Of a stretch of 34,143 nucleotides of DNA, positions 16,933-25,983 are shown piece after piece (the stretch's first letter is position 1; each line of letters starts with the position of its first letter). The notes beneath the pieces were generated by a model, which was not told where the DNA came from, made no database searches, and saw nothing but the letters and a program-made list of their open reading frames with translations. The translations under genes and the position numbers were made by a program. The stretch covers positions 1 through 34,143 of IMG/VR virus record IMGVR_UViG_3300046779_001698, one strand, 5' to 3'. Source of the stretch: a virus (lineage: Duplodnaviria > Caudoviricetes).

Positions 16933-17628
16933 ATGATCTTCATTAACTGCATTAAAGAGGCTTTAGTTCAAGTAAACGATAAGACTAGAATTGATGTTTC
17001 AATGTCATTTGTTAGTGGAGATGGCATAACAGACATTACAATTAATCCAGATGGATTTGGCCCAATATCAGTCTTTGATGTTGATCAATCTAAGTGGTAT
17101 CTAGACTGGGCTTTTGATATAGATGGAACAAGATCAATTGAAATAGAAGCCACAGATGGAATTAACACTATCATCCAGACTTTTGAGATAGAAGTAATAT
17201 CACCAGAAAATGACAATCTATTCTCAAATGATTCTCAAATATTTGCTATTGAATCAGAGCTTAAAAGATATATCCCTGAAGGAAGAAACAGCTTTAAAAA
17301 TATTCACAGGGAAGCTCAGTCTAGAATCCTTAATTTCTTAGATAGAAAAAGAATCTGGAACGAGAATGGAGAGCCTTACACTAAGATGCAAGTTAATCTA
17401 TTTGATGAGCTTTCTAAGTGGTCTTTGTATGAGACTCTTTTTATAATCTACACTGATCTTTTTATCTCAGTAGGTGATAAGTTTGCTGAGAAAGTTAATC
17501 AGTATAAAGAGCTTAGAAACTACGAAAGAGAAAGAGCTGCGATTAGGATAGATAAGGACGGCAACGGAACTTTTGAACCAGATAAAGAGATCCAAGAGCT
17601 AAAATCATTTAGGATGATTAAAAGATGA
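16933..17628 (+). CDS. Probable head-tail adaptor with N-terminal Ig/PKD-like domain
   Basis: Beta-rich N-term, helical C-term ending IDKDGNG; position before tail genes. Confidence 0.5.
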   Translation: MIFINCIKEALVQVNDKTRIDVSMSFVSGDGITDITINPDGFGPISVFDVDQSKWYLDWAFDIDGTRSIEIEATDGINTIIQTFEIEVISPENDNLFSNDSQIFAIESELKRYIPEGRNSFKNIHREAQSRILNFLDRKRIWNENGEPYTKMQVNLFDELSKWSLYETLFIIYTDLFISVGDKFAEKVNQYKELRNYERERAAIRIDKDGNGTFEPDKEIQELKSFRMIKR

Positions 17629-18047
17629 TCAAGGAAATTAGAGCTTATATTAAAGAAAAGATCCTTGAAGTTGATTCTAAACTTAAAGAAAACCCATCTG
17701 CTTTCTATGATGATGATATTGGGGAGTCATTACTTGATAAGTCTTATCAAATCACTATCAATAATTTGACAGTTATCGCTAGAGATTCTCATAATGAAAG
17801 AGAAATGGATGTTCTTGTATCTATTTTTGGCTTTGGATATAGAAGCCAGGTGGAGAACTTTGATGCATTATTAGAAAGAGCAATTTGCATTGAGGATAAA
17901 ATAATAAACTTGCAAAATTTTTCCATGGTTGAAACAATAACCAATATCGAAAGCAATGGCATAGAGGCGTTAAAAGTGCCTAGCAATGATGACTGCTTTC
18001 AGATTAATATTAATTTAAAGCTTAGACAGGCTTACACAAGGGAGTGA
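17625..18047 (+). CDS. Probable tail terminator/completion protein
   Basis: 140 aa directly upstream of tail tube. Confidence 0.5.
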   Translation: MIKEIRAYIKEKILEVDSKLKENPSAFYDDDIGESLLDKSYQITINNLTVIARDSHNEREMDVLVSIFGFGYRSQVENFDALLERAICIEDKIINLQNFSMVETITNIESNGIEALKVPSNDDCFQININLKLRQAYTRE

Positions 18048-18050
18048 TAA

Positions 18051-18950
18051 ATGGCACTTTGTACACAAGCAAAAAGTACAGAACAACGCCTAGAGGCCAT
18101 GAAATGGTATTTCGGCAAAAGGCATTGCAGAACTGTTACATTTACCGAGGACGACACAGATCACGGGAAGACATTTCAGCTAAACGTAGTTGACGTTAAT
18201 TATGTTGAAAAAAAATATCTAGTATTTTTAGATGAAGGTGTTACACCAGCACCAACTCCAGCAACTGGAACGACTTTGATTACTGTTGCAGTTACAGCTG
18301 GTGATTCTGCTAATGATAAAGCTTTGGCAGTTGAAACAGAATTAGCTGCTGAGAATGTTGAAGTTAGAACTTTAGTTGAAGACGCTGTTCTTGAAATGCA
18401 AAACTTCTTTGTAGGCCCTATTACAACTGAAGTTATTACAGCTCCATTAATCGGATCTGTTCAAGCGATTGGCTTTGGTGGATATATTGGTCAAACTGGA
18501 GAATCTGAGCTTACGACTACAATCGAAGTTGTTCAGCTTGTTGATGATGCTCAGGGAACTGTTATCCAAGATGAAATCATCACAGGATACGGAGCAGAGA
18601 TTTCAATTCCTCTTAGAGAAATGACTACTCAAAGATGGAAAGACCTTATTGGCGAAGTAACTGGTAACAACATTACTCTAGATGGAGAAGAGATCACTGG
18701 TTGGGGAACTAAAAAGCTTTACCAATCAATGTTTAACTATTCTGGACGCCTTGTTGGTCATCCGGTTAGAAATACAGCTGCTATCATTAACGAAGATATT
18801 GTTATGTTAAATACAGCTCCTAAAATGGAAAGCATTAACTTTTCTGGATCAGCTATCCAAGAAGCTACTTTCCTTTTCACTTCATACAAAGATGCTAACG
18901 CTGCTGAGGAAATTAACCTAGTAGCTCGTGGCGATCATACTAAGTTTTAA
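18051..18950 (+). CDS. Major tail (tube) protein with inserted domain
   Basis: IGQTG..ELT..DAQG..EISIPLRE pattern; precedes chaperone and tape measure; followed by hairpin. Confidence 0.8.
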   Translation: MALCTQAKSTEQRLEAMKWYFGKRHCRTVTFTEDDTDHGKTFQLNVVDVNYVEKKYLVFLDEGVTPAPTPATGTTLITVAVTAGDSANDKALAVETELAAENVEVRTLVEDAVLEMQNFFVGPITTEVITAPLIGSVQAIGFGGYIGQTGESELTTTIEVVQLVDDAQGTVIQDEIITGYGAEISIPLREMTTQRWKDLIGEVTGNNITLDGEEITGWGTKKLYQSMFNYSGRLVGHPVRNTAAIINEDIVMLNTAPKMESINFSGSAIQEATFLFTSYKDANAAEEINLVARGDHTKF

Positions 18951-18956
18951 TTAATG

Positions 18957-18974
18957 GCCCCTCTTCGGAGGGGC
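18957..18974 (+). terminator. UUCG-tetraloop hairpin after tail tube gene
   Basis: GCCCCTC-TTCG-GAGGGGC; only TT follows, so leaky or stabilising. Confidence 0.7.
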
Positions 18975-18991
18975 TTACAAAAAGGGAATAG

Positions 18992-19249
18992 ATGTTAAGT
19001 TTTGATTCTAAAAAATTGGTTTTCAAATTTAATGGCAAAGAACAAGAAATTGAATACCCAACTGTTAAAAAAGTTAATCAATTTAGAAAAGAATTAAAAA
19101 ACAAAGAACATGATGAAGTAGAAACTGTTGTAAACTTCATTTGTAGTCTTGGGGCAGAAAGAGAAACAATTGAGTCATTAAGAGTTAGTCAGCTTAACAA
19201 GTTGGTTGAAGAATTAACTAACGAAATTTCTGACTCAAAAAAAAATTAA
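18992..19249 (+). CDS. Tail assembly chaperone (gpG-like)
   Basis: Between tube and tape measure; ends ..SKKN on a 9-A run. Confidence 0.85.
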   Translation: MLSFDSKKLVFKFNGKEQEIEYPTVKKVNQFRKELKNKEHDEVETVVNFICSLGAERETIESLRVSQLNKLVEELTNEISDSKKN

Positions 19250-19524
19250 CTTTTGACGAAAAATTATTAGTAAGACTTTTAAGATTTTATCAACAGTACA
19301 AGCTTGAGGATTTCTTAAACATGGATGTTAGAGTTTTCTCTGTTTTAGTAAATGGGATGAATCAAGTTAAGGCCGAAGAGCATTTAATGCTAATGGACGC
19401 TTTGTGCTATCCTCATTCAGATCAAAAACAAAGATCAAAACAACATAAAAAGTGGAGCAAAGAAGCATATCCTGAAAGCTTTGAGCAAAAAGTATTAAAA
19501 ACGACTGACTTGGAGTTATTCTAA
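19237..19524 (+). CDS. -1 frameshift extension of tail chaperone (gpGT-like)
   Basis: A AAA AAA slippery site at 19237-19245; the -1 frame is open to TAA 19524 and includes track ORF 19321..19524. Confidence 0.85.
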   Translation, partial: KKKLTFDEKLLVRLLRFYQQYKLEDFLNMDVRVFSVLVNGMNQVKAEEHLMLMDALCYPHSDQKQRSKQHKKWSKEAYPESFEQKVLKTTDLELF

Positions 19525-21494
19525 TGTCAAACAAACTCATAATACAAGTAGACCTAGATCAAACGGATATAGAATCTACAGTTAAAAATACATCTAAAAA
19601 CTATAAAGAAGAGTTTAAAGATCTATCAAAATCAATTGAGGGCCAATTAAATACAACATTTATGGCCATATCTAAAAATGCTTATGATTCAATAGTAACT
19701 CCATTGACTGGTGGAGCTTTAAAGTTTTCAGATATTTTAAAAAATGCCACAGGATTTATAGTTGGAGGGGCAGTTCTTAAAGTATTTGACATGATACTAT
19801 CATCAATAACAGCAATAGGAAGAGAGGTTAAATCTACAGTAGATGATTTTGCTCAGCAAGAACTTGCGATTGCAAAGCTTGGTCAAGCACTGAGATCAAC
19901 AGGTAGTTTTACCCAAGAAGCAATTACTTCTTTTTCTGATTTTGCATCAGAACTACAAACTGTTTCTGCTTACTCTGATGATGTTGTTCTTAGCCAGTTA
20001 GCAATAGCTAAATCAATGAACGCAACGAACGACCAGGCTAAAGATTTAGTAAAAGCTGCAGCCAATTTGGCCTCTACTTTTGGAGTTTCTTTAGATGAAG
20101 CAGTCATAAACCTTGGACAGACATTGTCTGGTCAAATAGGAAGACTAGGAAAATTCATACCAGAATTAAAGACACTTACTGATGAACAATTAAAGTCTGG
20201 TAAAGCAATAGACATAATAAATCAAAAATTTGCAAACGCATCAGAAAATGAGCTAAAGACTTATGCAGGATCTTTAGTTAAAATAAAAAATTCATACTCT
20301 GATTTAAAAGAAGAAATCGGTGCATTTATAGTTGATACTTTTAGGTTAAAAGAAGTCAACAAAGCATTGTCTGATACGTTTGGGTTTCTGGCAGAAAAAG
20401 TAGCTCTTTTTAGAGAAAATTCTAAGAGATCAAACGGAACTTTAGTTGAATCAGAAGGATCAATAAATAGATTATCTTACAGATATGCTGAGCTAACAGA
20501 TCAGATTGAATCACTACAAAGCAGAATTAAAGAACTCGTTCCTGAGCAAAAATTTTCAGTCAGAGCAGCCGGCGAAATTGTAATGCTTAGGGATAAAATA
20601 GTTGTTCTTAATAAAGAGTATGAAAAAATATTTAAGACAATAAATTCTTTTAGCGTAGAAGCTTCCGCACCGGCAAAAAATATTACAGAAACAACAAATA
20701 CAGCATCAGCTAATATAACAGCCTTAATAGATAAGCTTAACGAACTTAGAGAGAGAACTAAATTTATTGGTATGACCGACAAAGAGATTATTCTTGCTCA
20801 ACAGGAAGAATCATTAAGTATATTAAATCAAGGTTACGAAGCTAAATTAATAGCAGAACAAGAATTCCAATCATTAAAGCAAAAGATAATATTTGATTCA
20901 GGTGAGAGAATAAAAGAGATTGAAGCTAGATCAATGCAAGAAAGAAAACAAATTCTTGATCAAGCAAATAAAATTTTAAGAGATGCAATGGCGAGAGCTA
21001 TAAGTGATGGCATTCAAAACATTGTAAGATCATTAGTTAATGGAGAAAATGTTTTAAAGAACTTTGGCCAATTTGTATTGGTAACATTTGCAGACTTAGC
21101 TATTCAATTAGGACAATTTTTTATTGGATTCGGGATTGCTTTTGACGCCTTTAAAGCTCTTGGAAGTGGAGCTGCTATGGTTGCAGCTGGTGCGGCTTTA
21201 GTTGCTTTGGGATCAATTATTAAAGCTTTTTCAGATAAAGGCTTAAAGGGTTCTGGAAGCTCTGGTGTTGCTTCGGTTGGTGCTCAGCCATCTCCTGGAC
21301 AATTAACGACTCCAACAGATTTAGCCAGTCCAAATGCAATTGATGAAGAAAGACTTAAACCGCAAACAAACGTGCAAGTTGTTGTTCAAGGATCTCTTGT
21401 TCAACAAGAAGAACTTGGTGACTTTATTACTAGAACTCTAAACGAAAGCTTTGGTAAACAAGGCGTAACTCTAACTGATGCTCGCTTTGTTTAA
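19524..21494 (+). CDS. Tape measure protein
   Basis: 656 aa, helical/coiled, A/G-rich hydrophobic segments, follows the G/GT pair. Confidence 0.9.
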   Translation: MSNKLIIQVDLDQTDIESTVKNTSKNYKEEFKDLSKSIEGQLNTTFMAISKNAYDSIVTPLTGGALKFSDILKNATGFIVGGAVLKVFDMILSSITAIGREVKSTVDDFAQQELAIAKLGQALRSTGSFTQEAITSFSDFASELQTVSAYSDDVVLSQLAIAKSMNATNDQAKDLVKAAANLASTFGVSLDEAVINLGQTLSGQIGRLGKFIPELKTLTDEQLKSGKAIDIINQKFANASENELKTYAGSLVKIKNSYSDLKEEIGAFIVDTFRLKEVNKALSDTFGFLAEKVALFRENSKRSNGTLVESEGSINRLSYRYAELTDQIESLQSRIKELVPEQKFSVRAAGEIVMLRDKIVVLNKEYEKIFKTINSFSVEASAPAKNITETTNTASANITALIDKLNELRERTKFIGMTDKEIILAQQEESLSILNQGYEAKLIAEQEFQSLKQKIIFDSGERIKEIEARSMQERKQILDQANKILRDAMARAISDGIQNIVRSLVNGENVLKNFGQFVLVTFADLAIQLGQFFIGFGIAFDAFKALGSGAAMVAAGAALVALGSIIKAFSDKGLKGSGSSGVASVGAQPSPGQLTTPTDLASPNAIDEERLKPQTNVQVVVQGSLVQQEELGDFITRTLNESFGKQGVTLTDARFV

Positions 21495-21503
21495 GGTAAA
21501 ATT

Positions 21504-22274
21504 ATGAGTTTAAAAACATATTCAGGATTTATTTACGGGCATGACATAATCGATACTAATTCATGGCTAGACTTCACTGAGGGGGCAGGGCCAGAATTAA
21601 GTGCAGAGGTTGCAATTGGATCTTATACGCTAGACGACTTTGTTGATGCTGTTCTAAATGCATTAAACGGAGAGGGTGCTTTAGATTATACTGCTACAAT
21701 AAACAGAGCTACTAGAAAGGTGACAATCTCAGCTAGTGGAACTTTTGGCTTACTTGTTACAACTGGAACTCATGCAGGGATATCAGCATTTTCTCTTTTG
21801 GGATTTACTGCAAATAAAACAGGATCAAACTCTTATACTTCTGACGTTGCATCAGGTTTATTTTATGAACCACAGTACAAATTACAAAGATTTGTAACTT
21901 TTGAGGACAATGTAGAATTTGCTCAAACATCGGTTAATACTTCAGCAAGTGGACTTGTGGAAGTGATTTCATTCGGTGAAAATCAATTCATGGAATGCAA
22001 TATAACATACGCCACAGACATAACTGGTCAAGGTGCTATCAAAAACAATGCTAGTGGTGTTTCTGAATTAAGAGCATTTATGAATTATCTTATCAAGAAA
22101 AAGCCAGTTCAATTTGTTCCAGATATTGATACTCCTTCAGCTTATTACGACTGCTTACTAGAGAAGACAACGTCTAGCTCTAATGGCACTGGATTTCAGT
22201 TATACGAGCTTTATGGACGTGGCCTTGCTAATTACTATGAGACTCAAACATTAACTTTTAGAAGGTTGTTCTAA
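21504..22274 (+). CDS. Distal tail (Dit)-like protein
   Basis: Directly after tape measure; N-TSASGLVE and terminal LTFR patterns. Confidence 0.55.
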   Translation: MSLKTYSGFIYGHDIIDTNSWLDFTEGAGPELSAEVAIGSYTLDDFVDAVLNALNGEGALDYTATINRATRKVTISASGTFGLLVTTGTHAGISAFSLLGFTANKTGSNSYTSDVASGLFYEPQYKLQRFVTFEDNVEFAQTSVNTSASGLVEVISFGENQFMECNITYATDITGQGAIKNNASGVSELRAFMNYLIKKKPVQFVPDIDTPSAYYDCLLEKTTSSSNGTGFQLYELYGRGLANYYETQTLTFRRLF

Positions 22275-22275
22275 T

Positions 22276-25200
22276 ATGCCTATTATCTTCAAGTCAAAAT
22301 TATCTTCATCTGTTGCTAACCAAACTTTTCTCGATAAAACAATCGATGATATCAAGAAGGGAAAGCTCACTCTTTATAAAGTAACTCTTGGCGAAGCTGA
22401 CCAGGTTGAAGACGTTCAAGTCTTTTTAAATGAACTTGCTGACGTTGATGGAGTAGTTGGAGAAGGCGATACATCAGCTAAAACATACGCCAACCATAAT
22501 ATCATAGCCGATGGAGATGATAGAAAGGTGGCAATTGGAAAGCTTGATGCCCAGGCACAACTTAACGTAGAAGCAATTCAGGATCTTCAATCATTGTCTG
22601 GAGTTGGTGCTAATGCAGAAGATCTTGGAGCATTTACAGGCGTAACTATTCCAGATTCATCCGATATTAAAGAAGCACTTCAATCACTAGAAACTGCTCA
22701 CGAGGAAGTTGATCAAAACGTAAATGATCTAATAACTCTTTCTGGCGTAGCTGAAAATGCAACAAATCTAGGAGCATTTGATCATACAATTATTGCCGAT
22801 AATGAAACTGTTAAAGGTGCCTTGCAGGATCTTGAGGATGGAATAAAGGCAATTAATGATGATTATGGAGTAGCAGACGGACTAGCTACTTTAGATGGAA
22901 CTGGCAAAGTCCCATCAACCCAGCTTCCTTCATACGTAGATGATGTTCTAGAGTATGCAAATCTAGCTGCATTCCCAGTGACTGGATCTACGGGAATTAT
23001 ATATGTAGCACTTGATACTAATAAAACTTATCGCTGGTCTGGAACTGTTTATATTGAGGTAAGCCCATCATTGGTTGCATCTGTTAACGGATACACTGAC
23101 ATTGTTGTGTTGGATAATACAGACATTGGACTTTCTAATGTAACTAACGACTCTCAGCTTAAGCGTGCGGCCAATGATCTAAACAGCTTCACATCAAAAG
23201 CTACTCCAGATGATAACGATATTTTAATTATCGAAGATTCGGCTGATTCATTTACTAAAAAGAAGATTCTTGTATCAAGTATTTCAGGTGGTGCAGTTGA
23301 TTCTGTTAACGGATATACTGACGTCGTGGTGCTTGATAACGCAGATATCGGTCTAGGAAACGTAACCAATGATGCTCAATTAAAAAGAGCAGCTAACGAC
23401 TTTACAACATTTACGCAGAAATCATTTCCTGTTGATAATGATGTTATTTTAATTGAAGACTCAGAAGATACTTACAATAAAAAGAAAGTATTGCTTTCAG
23501 ATCTTGGAACTGGATCTGGCGTTGGCGGAATCAATTATATTTCTAATTACGATTTTGAAAAAGATGATACTGGATGGCTTGAGTATGCTGACGCTGCCTC
23601 TGAATCTCCGGTAGATGGAACAGGTGGAACTGCAAATATAACACTTACAAGAACAACAACAACTCCTCTCAGAGGAAATGGATCAGGATTAATCACTAAA
23701 GATGCAGTAAACAGACAGGGACAAGGTGCTAGTTATGACTTCACTATTGATAGTGCAGATCAAGCTCAAGTTCTTCGCATATCATTTGATTACAATGCAT
23801 CCGTAGATTATGCTGATGGAGATATTAGACTTTATATTTATGATGTATTTAACTCAAGACTTATTGAAGTTGTAGATCGTGATCTTTACGCTTCTAGCTT
23901 TGGTAAATTTGTTGGGACATTTCAAACAAGTTCAGACTCAACTTCTTATCGTTTAATCTTTCATGTAGCGAGCATAAGTGCTTTAGCTTATACAGTTGAG
24001 ATTGATAACGTAATTGTAGGGCCGCAGACAATTGTTAAAGGTGCTATTGTTACAGACTGGGAATCCGCAACTTTAACAGGCACATGGACAACAAATACAA
24101 GTTATGACTCATACTATAGAAGGGTTGGGGATTCACTAGAAATCCAATCAACCATATCAACATCAGGTGCCCCGAATGCTGCTACTTTACAAGTAAATAT
24201 GCCTTCTGGATTAACAATTGATTTGTCAAAATTGCCAGCAGTAGACAGAGAAATAGGTACAGCTTGGGTGCATGACACAACGGCAGCGACCAGGACAAAA
24301 GCAACTGTCGAAACAGTATCTAGTTCAGTCATTCAGTTTGTTTACATTGGTGGATCGGTAATAACCAATGTTTTACCATTTTCATTTGGGGCTGGAGATT
24401 CGGTAAGTTTTACTTTAAAAGTTCCAATCCTTGGCTGGTCATCTAATGTTGTTCTCTCAGAAGATGCAGGGAATAGAGAGATTGTTGCCAGATATAATAT
24501 TGCATCAACAGCAATAGCAAATACAGGTACAACAATAATAAATTTTAGCAATAAGCAATATGACACCTCAGCGTCGGTTACAACTGGAGCAAGCTGGAGT
24601 TTTTCTTGCCCAGAGTCGGGTTATTATGATGTTGGAGCAAAAGTAAGGTTCGTAGACTCGGCGGCATTTACGGCAGGAACTAGGGCGGCATTGTATGTTT
24701 TTGTTAATGGAGTTCAAACTGTAACCTTGGCATTTCATGAAGTAGAAAGTTCTGATGCAGCATCTTTTTTTATGTCCGTGAATGGGAGTTCACTATTGTA
24801 TTTATCAAAAGGTGACTCTGTTGATTTTAGAGCTGCTCAAACAACAGCAACGGCAACCATAGCCCTTGATGGTGCAACAACGGAAAACTACGCATCAATA
24901 GCAAAACGCTCATCACCTCAAACCATAGCGGCCAGCGAGGTTGTTGCTGCAAGCTATGAATCAACAAATGCAGAAAGTATTTCTACTGGAGGATTAGGAC
25001 AGCCAGTAATATTTGAAACTTTATTAACAGGTGACACCCATAATGCCTATAACACTACTACTGGAATTTACACAATACCTCAGTCTGGTTGGTACCATGC
25101 ATCTGCAAATATTAGAATGAACCAAGACATGGTATCCACAACTGCTCTTTTAAGTTGTGGCATACTTTTGGACTCTGTTTATATTGGAAACCACTCTGAC

Positions 25201-25377
25201 TCAGTAAAAATAACAGGTGTTGCACGTCACTCTAGATCATGCTCCGGAACTTTTTATGCAGTTAAAGGTCAGCAATTATCTGTTTATTGTTTTCAAAACT
25301 CTGGGGCAAGTAAAACACTGGAAGCTACATCTGGAGTAAATAATTTTTCTATCCATAAAATTTCAGGAGTTTCATAA
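22276..25377 (+). CDS. Large modular tail fibre / receptor-binding protein
   Basis: Internal repeats, LPSYVDD module, CBM-like INYISNYDFE..GW domain, two C1q/TNF-like C-terminal domains. Confidence 0.8.
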   Translation: MPIIFKSKLSSSVANQTFLDKTIDDIKKGKLTLYKVTLGEADQVEDVQVFLNELADVDGVVGEGDTSAKTYANHNIIADGDDRKVAIGKLDAQAQLNVEAIQDLQSLSGVGANAEDLGAFTGVTIPDSSDIKEALQSLETAHEEVDQNVNDLITLSGVAENATNLGAFDHTIIADNETVKGALQDLEDGIKAINDDYGVADGLATLDGTGKVPSTQLPSYVDDVLEYANLAAFPVTGSTGIIYVALDTNKTYRWSGTVYIEVSPSLVASVNGYTDIVVLDNTDIGLSNVTNDSQLKRAANDLNSFTSKATPDDNDILIIEDSADSFTKKKILVSSISGGAVDSVNGYTDVVVLDNADIGLGNVTNDAQLKRAANDFTTFTQKSFPVDNDVILIEDSEDTYNKKKVLLSDLGTGSGVGGINYISNYDFEKDDTGWLEYADAASESPVDGTGGTANITLTRTTTTPLRGNGSGLITKDAVNRQGQGASYDFTIDSADQAQVLRISFDYNASVDYADGDIRLYIYDVFNSRLIEVVDRDLYASSFGKFVGTFQTSSDSTSYRLIFHVASISALAYTVEIDNVIVGPQTIVKGAIVTDWESATLTGTWTTNTSYDSYYRRVGDSLEIQSTISTSGAPNAATLQVNMPSGLTIDLSKLPAVDREIGTAWVHDTTAATRTKATVETVSSSVIQFVYIGGSVITNVLPFSFGAGDSVSFTLKVPILGWSSNVVLSEDAGNREIVARYNIASTAIANTGTTIINFSNKQYDTSASVTTGASWSFSCPESGYYDVGAKVRFVDSAAFTAGTRAALYVFVNGVQTVTLAFHEVESSDAASFFMSVNGSSLLYLSKGDSVDFRAAQTTATATIALDGATTENYASIAKRSSPQTIAASEVVAASYESTNAESISTGGLGQPVIFETLLTGDTHNAYNTTTGIYTIPQSGWYHASANIRMNQDMVSTTALLSCGILLDSVYIGNHSDSVKITGVARHSRSCSGTFYAVKGQQLSVYCFQNSGASKTLEATSGVNNFSIHKISGVS

Positions 25378-25775
25378 TGATAAAAGTTGTTGTTGAAAAT
25401 TTAATAAATAAAAGAAAATTTGAACCGATTTTTGAAACACAGCAAGAGTTAGATACTTGGCTTTCTAAGCACATTGCAAAAAACACTTTCGGCTTACCAG
25501 AACGACCAGAGCTTATTTTAAATGAAGAAACAGGCGAAATGGAACCTACCGGAGTAATTCTTCCTGCTGAATATACGATTGAGATTGAAGATATCACAGC
25601 TCAGATTGAGCAAGAAAAGATTAATGCTGAAGCCAAGAAATTCCTGAGCGAAACTGACTGGATGTGTAGACGTCAAGAAGATCAATTAAAACTAGGCATT
25701 GCTACTTCTTTGACCGATGAAGAATTTATGGCATTATTAAATGAGCGACAACTTCAACGGCAAAGGGTTGTATGA
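25377..25775 (+). CDS. Tail fibre assembly chaperone-like protein
   Basis: Follows fibre; EAKKFLSETDWM..R...RQ motif. Confidence 0.65.
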   Translation: MIKVVVENLINKRKFEPIFETQQELDTWLSKHIAKNTFGLPERPELILNEETGEMEPTGVILPAEYTIEIEDITAQIEQEKINAEAKKFLSETDWMCRRQEDQLKLGIATSLTDEEFMALLNERQLQRQRVV

Positions 25776-25939
25776 ATAATGACCAAGAATGGCGTAATCA
25801 CTTATTTGATGAAATAAAAGAACTAAGAAAAGATGTGACTGATATAAAGCAGGAAATGCTTTTGCTTAAGTTTAAAGTGAGTGGAATCTCGTCATTTATT
25901 GGTGCAGTAGTTAGTTATATTTGGAACAAATTTCATTAA
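25772..25939 (+). CDS. Small coiled-coil protein with C-terminal TM helix, 55 aa (XhlA/holin-like; absent from ORF track)
   Basis: ATGA overlap; MNNDQEWRNHLFDEIKELRKDV..VSGISSFIGAVVSYIW. Confidence 0.7.
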   Translation: MNNDQEWRNHLFDEIKELRKDVTDIKQEMLLLKFKVSGISSFIGAVVSYIWNKFH

Positions 25940-25983
25940 AAAGGATCAAATTTCGAGTGGAATCATTCGATGAAAGGTTATAA

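Noticed and set aside
22276-25377. Diversity-generating retroelement or invertible fibre cassette
   Set aside because: No reverse transcriptase or invertase; repeats differ at synonymous sites, not specifically at adenines
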